DNA from: Eledone cirrhosa
Lineage: Eukaryota
Assembly: GCA_964016885.1 (NCBI GenBank)
Contig: OZ024745.1
Coordinates: 83,204,001-83,268,000 of the forward strand
Length of the DNA: 64,000 nt
Direction: 5' to 3'
Of the stretch, positions 1-11,375 are shown piece after piece. The stretch's first letter is position 1, and each line of letters opens with the position of its first letter. The translations under genes and the position numbers were made by a program. The notes under the pieces were generated by a model. It was not told the origin of the DNA. It worked only from the letters and a program-made list of their open reading frames with translations, and did no database searches.

Positions 1-835
1 TCCTTCAAGTTGGCAAGTTCATTCTCATTCATTTCTTTATCATTTACGATCTCATTATTTTCATTTGGAGTTTCATCCTGAGCATGCACTTTTTCGCTCC
101 TTTCTTTAATTTGTTCTGTTGCCAGTGATTCCGCCCCAACCCTGGGATTCGAAGTGTTACAATTTACCTCGTTTTCACTGACACATGTTTCATTTTCCCT
201 TCGCTGACTTTGTGCTAATAGCTTGATCTGATCAATTTCTATATCAGTTAGTAACTTTCTTTTTACAATATTTCTTCGTATATTGGCTAGTTTGTTACTG
301 TCAATATAGCCTCTGTTTTCGGGATGTTTCTTTTTCCAGTTGATATATGTCTGTTCTGTATTCGATGTATTTGATGGGTAGTACATGGCAGTGTAGAAAG
401 CCTCAAGGACTTCTTTATTATCTTCCCTTGACCATTTTTCTCTCTTTTTCTTTGGATTTCTTGGTGGTGAGCATGGAGGGCCAACAGTAGGAGTATTCCG
501 GTTATGGGAGGTCTCCAGCTCCGAAGTGATGGGAAGGTTTGAACCATTAGCTGATTTTTCGACCCCAGTCTGGTTCCTCTCTGAGGGACGCGGCCCTTTT
601 TTACCCGGGTGACGGCCGATCCGGTATGAGATTTTATCATTAGACATTTACTTTATTTTGTCGCGTTTTATCCTTATCCGCCAAGGGTAATCATTTCGTG
701 TTACCACTTCTAGAACGAGTGTCAACCAAGACTAGAGGGGTCGTTCTCCCCTAGAGACACGGCTATTCCCCGCCGGCCGCCATCCCGGTATTTCTTGGTC
801 ACGGGGTTTTCTTTTTGTTGTTTTTTTAAATTGTT
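1..835 (-). mobile_element. 5' part of family-B R4/Dong-type non-LTR retrotransposon (5' UTR and N-terminal coding region, ATG at 647), continuing off the window
   Basis: Near-identical to 33193-34040 and 41846-42695, which lead into RT/RLE coding sequence; encodes MSNDKISY...KKREKWSREDNKEVLEAFY. Confidence 0.85.
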
Positions 836-1722
836 ATTATCATGAGTGGTTCCTTAATGTGAGCATTGCGTGGCTTAAGAATGAAATTATTAATAATTGT
901 CTCCACTCCAGGCACAAGGCCACCAATCACCCAGTGCATTACAATAATATAATATACTTTTTGTTGTGGTTGGCTGTTATTGTTGTTGGCTATGTCGGTG
1001 GTGGTGCCGGGGCTTTTTATATTGTTGGTGAGGAAGGGGTGAGCCAGCAGTCCTATAATTGTTGATGTGGCCAGGTCACTAAATCAATCTATTTATATCT
1101 TTTGCTAGCCTCTCCCTTGTCTACTGATACCGCCACCTTCCCCTTTCTCTCTCAAGTTAACAGGGGAATAGTGGTGGTAGCATTGAAGGAGGAGTGGTGG
1201 CGGCGGGGAGATGTGGGAGACAGTAGCGGCGGTATCGATACTTAGACAGTGGTGGTGGTGATGTCGATACCGAGGCAGTGGTGGTGGTGATGTGATCGTA
1301 TTACTGTAGTGATGGTGTTGTAGCGGTGGCAGCAATGAAGGAGTAGTGGCGGCGGTGATGGGATAGTGGTGGCAATGATGGCAGTAGTGAGTGGTGGTGG
1401 TGAAATTGCCGTTATCTGGCTGTTGTGTTTAGTGTACACAGAGAGGTGATGGGGTAGGTGTTGTATCTAGTTTCTGGTGTTGTTTGGTTGTTCTATATAG
1501 CGTAGACAGAGGAGGGGGGTTCTTCTTCCATTTATAGCCATTTTCTTTTTTGAATATACAATGTACAATACAGGGTTGAATATTTGAATATTTGAGCCTT
1601 ATAACAATATATTTGGGGTCCGAATTTTTGGGGGCTCAAGCCGGATGCTTTACGTAGCATTTGTACTAAGAGTTGTTATTTCACAAATGATTTAAATATT
1701 GTTATTTCACAAATGATTTAAA

Positions 1723-1724
<2 letters not shown>
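836..1724. repeat. GGT-rich spacer segment, a diverged paralog of 34045-34920 and 42698-43575
   Basis: Shared blocks such as catgagtggttccttaatgtgagcattg and ggccaggtcactaa(a/g)tcaatctatttata, with indels. Confidence 0.8.
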
Positions 1725-1804
<80 letters not shown>

Positions 1805-1805
1805 G
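1724..1805. repeat. (TTA)n microsatellite at the 3' end of copy A1
   Basis: Direct inspection. Confidence 0.95.
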
Positions 1806-3977
1806 TTCTTTGAGTCTCAGTCATTGATGTTAGTTAACTGGAAAGTTTGTTGAAATGAATATCAAGCCACTACCTGCAGCCTCAGACATTCAGGACGTTA
1901 CGGAGGGTTCTTGCTGTTCCCAGCAAGCATGCCTTTTGAAGCGTTCCAAAAAGGCAGGCGGGGCCAATTTTCTTTAACCATCCCTGAAAACATTTTGAGA
2001 TAGTACCTAGTGCGCCTATGACAATCGGGACCACTTTGACTTCATGGCAGTTCCAAATCCTTTTTACCTCCCACTTTAAATCCTGGTATCGGTTAATTTT
2101 CTCCCTCTTCTTCTCTTGCACTCTCGTGTCGAATGGGCAGGTCACATCCACAATCAGGCACGATCTTTTTTCCTTGTCCAAAACCACCAGGTCAGGTCTA
2201 TTGTGTTCCAGTTTCTTGTACGTCTGTATCCTAAAATCCCACAGCACCTTCACCTGATCGTTTTCTATCACCGACTCTGGCTTATGCTCATACCACTTCT
2301 CAGAATGTGGTAAATTGTTTACTTTGTATAGGTGCCAGTGGATCACCCTGCCCATCACATCATGTCTCCAGCCTTTATAGTGAGTCTGGGCTAGGTGTTT
2401 ACACTCGGATACAATGTGAGCCACAGTCTCCTCTCTCTCTCCACAGATCCTGCACAGTGGGCTAGCCTCCTCCTTGTAACTATGGTGTTTCAACCACTTC
2501 GTTTTGAGGGCCTGCTCTTGCGCAGCCATTAGCATTCCTTCTGTAGCCTTTTTAAGGTCTCCTCTTTTCAACCAGTTCCATGTCTGTGGATCTCTGAATT
2601 CAGTTTTCTCAAAGAAGGTACTATGAAGGGATTTTTCCTGAAGGCTGCTCTTTCTCCTTTTTATTATTTCCTCCTTGGACATCCTCTGGTCTATTGTTCT
2701 CTCCTTCAGTACAATTCTGAGCATTGGCTCCCTACAATCAGTCACGTATTTGTGTAGGTTGTTTTTCTCCATCTGAACACAGTCCTCTATGCTGATAAGA
2801 CCTCTTCCACCTTCAGATTTCCTTAAGTAGAATCTATCGACATCACTCTTCTTGTGGAATATGTTGTAGATAGTCAATAGCTTCCTAGTCTTCCTATCCA
2901 TTTCTTTTTGTTCAGCAACATTCCATCTCATAATTGCCGCACTGTACCTAATAATAGACACAGCTCAGGAATTTACTGCACTTATGGCATTCCTACTGTT
3001 CAGATGTGATTTTAATACGCTCCTTACTCTCCGAATATATTCAGATCTTATCAATTCCTTCATTTTTTTTGTTCTTGATATCATCAGCCCCCAGAACACC
3101 CAAATATTTGTATCCTTCTTCAGTGTCAATTTCCTTTATCATCTCACCTGTTGGTACCTGGATTCCGTTGCTTCTGCTCAATTTACCCTTCTTCATCACA
3201 AGGACTCCACACTTACTAATACCAAATTGCATACATATATCATTGCTGAAAATACGAACAGTGTCAACAAGCACATCCAACCCCTTCTCACTCTTCCCGA
3301 AGAGCTTAAGATCGTCCATGAACAGGAGATGATTGATGGTATGCTCTCCTTTTCCCAACTTGTATCCTGCTCTCACTTTTCGCAGTATAATGGTCAGGGG
3401 CATCAGGGCAAGGACAAACAACAGAAGGGACAGACTATCTCCCCGGAAGGTACCTCTCTTGATCTTCACGCCTCCCAAGGATTCTCCAGCTGATGTTAAC
3501 TCTGTTTTCCAGGACTTCATACTTTTGCTCAACAACTGTCTGATGTTATCTGCCACCTTGAAGATCTCTAGGCTTTTGGTGATCCAAGAATGAGGCACCA
3601 TGTCAAATGCCTTTTTTGTAGTCTATCCATCCCATGGCAAGACCAGTGTGTCTGTTCTTGCAATTCCTCATTACCATCTTATCAATAAGTAACTGGTCCT
3701 TTGTACCACGTGACTTTCGGCATCCTTTCTGTTCGTCCGGTAACAAGTTGTTTGTGTGGAGGTGATGGTAAATTTCCTCAGACACAATGCTTGTCAACAG
3801 TTTCCACATTACGGACAGACATGTGATAGGTCTATTGTTGGTAACATCATTACCCTTGATTCGGTCTTTCATTACCAGAACTGTGCTACCTTTTGTCAAC
3901 CACTCTGGTACCTCACCTGACATCAAGCAGTCATTGAACATGGTTGTCAGTTTCGGGTGGAGAGATGTTATATTTTT
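1803..3977 (-). mobile_element. Family-A R4/Dong-type retrotransposon copy A1, 5'-truncated and frameshifted
   Basis: ORFs 3603-3995, 3041-3601 and 1882-2961 give RT motifs (NRPITCL, GDSLS, LFMDD), CxxC...HIVSEC, RHD, and RPDLVV...D...K..RY RLE motifs; flanked by (TTA)n on both sides. Confidence 0.92.
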
Positions 3978-4392
3978 AATTATTATTATTATCATTATTA
4001 TTATTATTATTGTTATTATTATTATTGGCGACCTACGTAGGAAATCGTATTATCGTGAGCTCCGCAAAAATTTGTTGTTTTCAGTTGTTTCAAATTGCCA
4101 GTTATGGAAAATTTTTGTTGTTAAGTGTTTATAAGTTTACATATATTGCTTTCTGAAAAGGACACAAAAGAATATTGGGACCTTGAGCCCAAAACTTTAT
4201 TTCTTGGAAAAAAAAACATGGACGACAAATTTACTGCTTTTAACAGACCAACACCCCACTCCCCCACCAACACCAACACCATTGTAAGCCTTGCTACGGT
4301 TCCCAACACCTAAAATGTAATTAATAGCAGTTTCAATTATTTAGAATTGCTGCATAAAGACATGCATTTCCTGTCATTACCAATAACTGCAG

Positions 4393-6237
4393 GTGTTAAA
4401 GCCGCCGCCACCACCACCACCACCATCACAGCAACAACAGAAACCCAAAAGAATAAATTATTATCTCGTGACATCAAAATGGATTCACCCGAACACCACC
4501 TCCACCACAACTGAAACTAAAAATAACAACAATGAGAATAACAACATCAATATCACCGCGAAACAAAATGTGTCCTTTGCCAAAGCAGCCAAGAAAAGCG
4601 AAACAATCGAGGTAAGCCAGGATGAATTAAATGAAGCCAAGAGAATGGTAAAAATAGATGGGTACAGGGTCAGCCCCCCATCACACACACACACCTAATA
4701 AAATGGACCATCGGCGCCTATGCACCGTGTCTTATCGGACGATAAACACAAAATCACGCCGAGTGGAACGGGCATCCGAGTCCCAAATAGAAAAAGCTTT
4801 GGGACATGTGTGGGCGAAAAAAACCCCACATCAGACGTGGGCAGAAATATGGACTGTGGACGTGTTCTTTGGAACACCACAGGAAGCCAGAGAGCACTCC
4901 ATGGCCCCATCAAGAAGCGACGTCACACTCGTCCCAAGCTATTGTGGCCAGAGACTCGTGAAGATCAGGGTGACCCACGTCCACCGGCCCTCGAAATTCC
5001 CTGGCTAATGGCTGACGTCCTCGCCGGCATCGAGGCCAACACGAAAATAATTGAAATAACAAAAGAAAAGTCCGGATCTGGGATGGAGCTCCTGATCCAA
5101 GCGGACCAAAAAAACATTGAGGAAATTCCAGAGGTGATAGACCTCACTGACGGCAGCTACCTCACCGAAATCGTTGAGGGTAGAAGGCCCAGATGTGTCG
5201 TTTGTGGTGAAGGAACCCACCTAAAGGCTTTCTGTCCTCAGGCTAAACAGTTGAGGCCACCTCTCTTACCCACCCCAGTGACTCAACGATCAACACCACC
5301 AGCAGCAGAAATGGCAGCAACAACTGTAGCAGCAACAACAGAAGCAACTGTAACAGCAACAACCCCTGCAACAGTATCAAAACCAACACCACCACCACCC
5401 ACCTCGCCAGAACTAGCACCAGCGCCTCCACCATCCACCACGCCATTGCCAAAACCAACGCATGTGGAGGATTTTCCACTCCCCGACCTATCGCAACTGG
5501 AGACAGATTGTGACGACGAGGATTGGGAAACTGTATCAGGAAAAAAGAAAAAAAGAAAAAGAACCGCAAAAAGAAAAAATCCTCTTCCTTCCCCATCCAA
5601 AAGCAAAATACAAGGAGAAGCAAATAAACTAACAAACAAAAAAGTTAGGACAGCTATGCCACCATCCAGACCAGCATCACCAACCCCATCACCACAAAAA
5701 CCAACACCATCACCACAAAAGTCACCAATAAGCGCAACAGAAACAAACCCACAACAAACGCAAACAAAACAAATCAACCAAAACGATACACACTACACAG
5801 CATTAAATTTGAACAACAACCGGTGGATTGGCAGTATCAGTAGAGGGTCGGACGCCATGCTTTCCAGCATAGTTACGTCCCTTTACGATCTGAGTTCAAA
5901 TCCCGCCGAGGTTGACTTTATCTTTCATCCTTACGGGTCGATAAAATAAAGTACCAGTAATGCCTTGTGCCTAAAGTAGAATCAATTAAATTTGAACAAC
6001 AACCAATTATTACACTACATCCAACACAACACCAGCATCACAGAAAAAGATTACACAAAACCCAAAAAATTCACACCACCCCCACACGTACAAATCACTT
6101 GCATCACACAGAAAACGTACATGACACTAAAACAAAAACTCCCCAAGGCCATCGGAGACTTCCGACAAGCACTCTCCAGGAGGAGGCCACAAGCAGTGAA
6201 AAGGATGGAGAAACTATCCTTCCTCTACGAGAAGTAA
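4393..6237 (+). pseudogene. Tx1-type ORF1 (gag-like nucleic-acid-binding protein), frameshifted and interrupted by a SINE
   Basis: Fragments 4393-4698, 4658-5008, 4720-5949 and 5992-6237; zinc knuckle followed by Pro/Thr-rich and basic KKKKRKR tracts. Confidence 0.75.
5822..5984 (+). mobile_element. tRNA-derived SINE inserted in Tx1 ORF1 with a 20-bp target-site duplication
   Basis: A-box-like tggcagtatcagtag, B-box gagttcaaatccc, core tttcatccttacgggtcgataaaataaagtaccag; TSD attaaatttgaacaacaacc at 5802-5821 and 5985-6004. Confidence 0.9.
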
Positions 6238-6276
6238 GGTAAGTGGTCTTTCCCATCTTTTCCACTCCTTTTCAAC

Positions 6277-9200
6277 ATGACCCCACTCAGAATAGGCAGC
6301 TAAATGCGCGTGGCTTGAGTCGTCATGGAGACAGGGCCACCTACTCAACGACCTCAGGTCACTAAACATAGATGTGGTGGCCATCAGCGAGACCAGAATC
6401 TCCGAAGCACGGGCCTTCGCACCGATCTTCGGCGGCTACGATGTGTACGCATCTCCCAGCCGTCCTGGATCTGGGGGAGGAGTTGCTGTATTTTTCGGAG
6501 AAGTTTGGATCTCGCCATACGGGCCATCTTCCTGGACCCAGAAAGTAAGTTGTTGGTGCTGAACGTGACCATAGTAGACGGGTAAGCTTTCAGGCTAGTT
6601 GCGGTCTATGCCCCGACAGGAGTAGGGGGCCTGATTTCTTCCGGCGTCTGGAGACCTTTCTTGGAACGTCCCGCTCTTTAGTGTTAGTGGCCGACTGGAA
6701 CGGGATCTTAGATACACGCTGGGAATGTGTGGGATTAGCGAATTGGGGAGGAGGGTGAAAGAGCCTCACAAACCGGCTAAGGCGTTTTGAACTCTCTGAC
6801 AGTTACCGATTGGATTTCCCGAATGTGCCAACGTGGACTTGGACAAACCGCATAGGGTAATCCAGATCATATCTAGATAGAGTATTTTGTAGGAAAATAG
6901 ATAGCTCTAGCATAGGCTGTCCACAATTCAAGATAGTCAACTACACGGACCACAAATTCGTGATCTGTGTGGTTGACTTAGATATGTTTCATAGATAAGG
7001 ACCCGGCTACTGGAAGCTAAACGCGTCATTACCAGCGCGCAAGGCCTACAGAGACCGGAACTAGTTAAGCGGGCGTTGACGGTGCCCTTCGTCAACAAGT
7101 GTTGGTTTTCTCTGAAAAGAGCGATTAGAATAGAGTCCATTATGTTTAGTAAATAGAGAAAAATAGAGCAGAGGGAGAACTAGTTAGAAAATTAGTCGAA
7201 GCGCTTAGCAAAGGCATCGCGACCGACGATCTTGCGGCGAAATTGGCCCTTGACAAATTCTTCAATGCAAAGCACGAAGGCTTGTTAGAGCTATGGTGCG
7301 TGCTCTCAGATACGAGGGGACGAAAGCCGTTCAATGGACCCGAGTGGCGGAGGCGCGTCGTGGCAACAAAGCCACGATCCGGTCTTTGGTGGACCACGAC
7401 CGGCGCATGCTACTCGATCCCGGGTAAATGTGTGAAGCTTTTCAGCACCACTTCGCGCAGCTGTTCGGGGGGCAGCGGCAGGCCGCATCGAGGGATGGAT
7501 TTTAGTATCTACCTCGACCGACTGCCGCGGCTCTCGGCCACTGAGGCGGAGTGTTGCGAAAAGCCGATAACAGTAGCTGAAGTACGGGAGGCAGTGACTA
7601 GCTGCACAAGGGGTAAATCGCCTGGTTTGGATGGTCTGCCCTATAAACTTAACGTACAGATGCCAGACTTGTTCGGAGGCCTCTTGGCGGACGTTTACTG
7701 CAACAAGGAAGAGAACGGGAGTATTCCCAGCTCTGTGAGCCGAGGAGCGGTGGCGCTGCTGAGAAAGGATCCGAACAAGGGGGATAACATAGATAATTTC
7801 AGGCCCATAACTCTTCTAAACACAGAGTTCAAGATTTTGGCCAAGGTGCTAGCAAAGAGTTGGCGCTTGTCGTTGGTGGTCTGGTGGGAGAGCCACAGAC
7901 ATGCGCCATTCCCGACAGATTCATCCACGACAACCTCCATCTCATGTGATACATCGTGGAGATGGTAGCAAGGGAACCTGGCATAGGTGGGTCCTTGATC
8001 AATTTAGATCAGTCGAATGCTTTCGATAGGATCAACCATCGTTATCGGGCGACAGTCCTGAGGGCAGCTGGCTTTGGGCCCGTCTTCAGAGGCTCGATCG
8101 CTGCCATGCACAGCGACATCTGCTCTGTGGTGAGAGTGAACGGTCACCTTTCGGAACCGTTCAAACATCATGCGCTCGGTCCGCCAAGGATGTCCCCTCT
8201 CGTCCTTGTTGTACGTATTGAGTCTAGAGCCATTACTGCACAAACTGGAGACGTTGTGGTGAGTCCCAGGCGAACTAGGATGTGGAAGGTCCGTGTCAGC
8301 ATATGCGGACGATGTCACCGCAGTGGTGTTGAACGCCAAGTCGGTGGGCCTGCAGCTTGCAGCTCGGCACCTGGAGTGGCAGGTCCATGCCGTCCAACAG
8401 CGTCGTCGGACACTGGACGGATGGACCGGTTAAATTGCTAGGGATCTGGCTCGGTCCGGACCTCCAGACGGACAAAAACTGGGACGAGGTGACGAGCAGG
8501 GTGGCTTCTCTTACCCAGAAATGGGCGGAGAGAAAGCTATCCCTGAAAGGACGACCGGAGGTGGCTAACGCGTACATCGCGTCCGTCATCTGCTACCCCC
8601 TGACCGTGGTACCTTGTCCTAAGCCCCGCCTGACTGCGCTGGAGCGTTTGCTCTTTCGCTTTTTGTGGAAGGGACGCGCTCCGATGGTCCGGCGGTCCAT
8701 CTGCTGTCGACACCCGCTACGTGGAGGGCTGGGAATGCCGTGGCTGATGATGCGCAGACACGCGCTCAGGCTACGACATCTCCACCTCTTCCTCGTCGGT
8801 GATCAGGTGTGGTCGCCGTTTGCTAGACGCGTCTTTCCCCAGCTCGTTTCCTTGACAGAGCTGCAGTCCTGGGTCAAGCGAAGACCGAGAGGGTTCGCTT
8901 GGATCCTCGAATGTCTTCACGCGCTCACAGCCCTCGACCAATCGGGCAATGTGATCGGTGGAAACTCCACCTCGGCGTTCTATAGAGGATTAGTGGAGGG
9001 GAAGAGCGACGACGTACTTGGGGAACCTCTAGGCGTCGACGAAAATAAACTAGCCAATCTCTTCCGAAGAACTTTCGTGCCGGGGCCTATGGACAACTTC
9101 CAGAAATCCCTGGCCTGTCAGTGCTACCGAGGAGCTTTGCCAGTTCGGGATAAACACTACAGGCATTGAGCTGCCGTCAGCCGGGAATATATATTCGAGA

Positions 9201-9608
9201 TGCGCGCGGGGCGACGAAACCGTGCTGCGCTCACTCGTCGAATGTCCGAGCATTGCTGACTTGTGGGATTATGTCGAACACCTGCTGTCGCGTGTTGGAC
9301 GGATCCGGCTATCAGCTGTGTCAATCGTGAGGATTTCCCCGCCCTCTTACTTTAGCCGGGAAGGGCAGACAATTTTTATCTGTCTGGTGGCCATGGCGAA
9401 AGAGATAGTATTGTGTACGCGTTTGAAAGGGCTGAAGACGAGCACTTACCTCTTCAGTGATGCCCTGATTAACTTTTTCAAATTTCATTTGAAAAGGAAA
9501 ATCAGGGTAGAGAGGGAAGTGCTCTCTTCCCAGCATTTTGTTGAAAGATGGGTGAGAGAGGCAAGAATGGCCCGTGTGAATGGGCTTACTCTGAGTATGT
9601 GCCTGTAA
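6277..9608 (+). pseudogene. Tx1-type ORF2 (AP endonuclease - reverse transcriptase), with multiple frameshifts, stops and a deletion at ~8340
   Basis: ORF pieces 6374-6562, 7243-7968, 7956-8441, 8357-9169 and 9222-9608 carry L1-type APE/RT motifs. Confidence 0.88.
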
Positions 9609-9940
9609 ATTGAAGGTGGAAAACTGGTAGAGGGCACTTGCCCTGGTGGTCAGGGTCACCGTGGCTTTTTTTAATGGGCTTTCAACACGATGGCCCTCTG
9701 AAGTCCCCCCCCCCCTATTGGGGAATTTTTCATTGTTTATTTTTTTTGTTACCACCTCTGTTTTTTCAGGGTTTTTTACACGCAGAAATGCCCATTTGTA
9801 CCGTCCTGTATTGTCCTGTATTGTCCTGTACTCTCCTTAATATCTTACTTTGTGTAAACCCTTGTGGTTAATAAAGAAAGCATTATGTTTGTTCATTAAT
9901 TTCATTGTTTTATTATTAGTAGTAGTATTATTATCATTAG

Positions 9941-10400
9941 AGCGGTGGATTGGCAGTATCAGTAGAGCGTCAGACACCATGCTTTTCAGCGTAGAGTTAT
10001 AGTCCTTTACATTCAAATCCCGCCGAAGTTAGCTTTGGCTTTCATCCTTAACGGGGTCGACAAAACAAAGCACCAGTAATGCACTAGGTCGATTTAATCG
10101 ACTCTTCCCTCCCACCGAAAAAAAAAATGCTGGCCTATAGTAGAAATCATTACTATAATAGGGCAGTGGAAGGTGGGGCATTGGCATTATCGGTAGAACA
10201 TTGGACACTAAGCTTCGTGGTCTAGAGTCATGGCCCTTTACGTTCCGAGTTCAAATCTTGCCTAGGTTTGCTTTGTCTTTCGTACTTACGGGGTCAATAA
10301 AATAAAGTACCAGTAACGCACTGGAGTCGATTTAATCGACTGTCTACACCCCCCCCCCCCATAATTGCAGGCCTTGTGACTAAATCAGAAAACATGATTG
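9941..10400 (+). mobile_element. Two tandem copies of the tRNA-derived SINE
   Basis: Repeated ggattggcagtatc...ttcaaatc...ggggtc(g/a)ataaaataaagtaccagt...gtcgatttaatcgact...ggccttgtg. Confidence 0.85.
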
Positions 10401-10944
10401 CCTTTAGATATTACACTCCACAATAAGTGGTCAGGTTCCAAATCATCAATATTTTGACAAGATCTGTATATTTATGTTATTTGTTTATCTGGCATATTAA
10501 AATGATATGTATTACAACACATCATTGTTATTGTTATTGGTTCTGAAGAAGAACAGATCAAAACCTATTTTAGATGCGAATTGATTTTGTTTGCAATTCT
10601 TGAAGTTTCGACGAACAATTTTTTTTTTCATGATATTGTTCCTTGATATTTTTGTAATATATCTTTATCAAGTATTGATTTCATTATTTGTTGTTGTTTT
10701 ATATTGAGGAAAATGATAACGATTTCCCCTAAGCATAATAATAATAAGAATGTCTAAGCTTGTTTCGACTTAACACCAACAGAATGTTTTTTTCTTATAA
10801 AAAGAATTTGCCTTTAGATGTATTTGAGGTGAGCAACCAGCTACTTTAATAGATCGTTTAAATGTGTATATGAACGGGTCTTGAATATTTGTACAACTAC
10901 TGAAGGAGGTCTGCAAATATGTAAGGATATAGGTATTTTATGTT

Positions 10945-10970
10945 ATATGTATATATATATATATAAATAT

Positions 10971-11067
<97 letters not shown>

Positions 11068-11070
11068 ATA
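10945..11070. repeat. (TA)n/(TG)n microsatellite
   Basis: Direct inspection. Confidence 0.95.
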
Positions 11071-11124
11071 GTGTATGTAATACAATGAAAATCGTGTGTG
11101 AGGTACGAGTATATATTAAGTATA

Positions 11125-11375
11125 TTTTGAGAACAACGATGAAGTTTCGTTTACATGTATTTAGGTTTTTATTATATATCAACCTATGTCGCATGTTTCT
11201 CTGACGATTGGCTCAGGTCACACATAGAAATTATGAAGCTGACTCCAGTATCTATCTGCTCGTCAGACTGGTGTCAACCGATCACCACAAACATTGTATT
11301 TTCTGCTGAATCGCCGGTCGATACACAATAAGAACCTAAATACATGTAAACGAAACGTCATCGTTTTTCTTAATA
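11125..11375. mobile_element. Small fold-back/MITE-like element with ~55-60 bp imperfect terminal inverted repeats in an AT-rich context
   Basis: agaacaacgatgaagtttcgtttacatgtatttaggtttttattatatatcaacc is the inverted match of ggtcgatacacaataagaacctaaatacatgtaaacgaaacgtcatcgtttttct. Confidence 0.7.

Larger units (their letters stand above)
4027..9880 (+). mobile_element. Full-length decayed L1/Tx1-clade LINE (ORF1 + APE-RT ORF2 + 3' UTR)
   Basis: ORF1 has a CCHC knuckle (CVVCGEGTHLKAFC); ORF2 starts at 6277 with MTPLRIGS.NARG, then ISET, KSPGLDGLP, NFRPITLLN, AYADD, GGLGMP and a C-terminal Cys region; AATAAA at ~9870. Confidence 0.9.

Noticed and set aside
287-640. 117-aa ORF conserved three times (287, 33487, 42140)
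   Set aside because: Alternative frame of the family-B N-terminus; conservation reflects DNA duplication
721-790. HDV-like ribozyme in the family-B or family-A 5' UTR
   Set aside because: No P3/L3/P1.1 signature on the sense strand by eye; reported only as an unclassified structure
2018-3593. Plus-strand ORFs overlapping the Dong elements (and equivalents at 24-47 kb)
   Set aside because: Antisense shadows of the RT-RLE frame; they recur only because the element is repeated
10818-10828. 11-nt segment between tttag and gtgagc
   Set aside because: Weak acceptor, not frame-preserving; probably chance
10881-11204. ORFs with YIYIYI, CVCVCV, LSLSLS, poly-Y/I/L/N/R runs (also near 15.5, 16.5, 47.3, 52.2, 54.7 and 60.3 kb)
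   Set aside because: Translations of microsatellites, not genes
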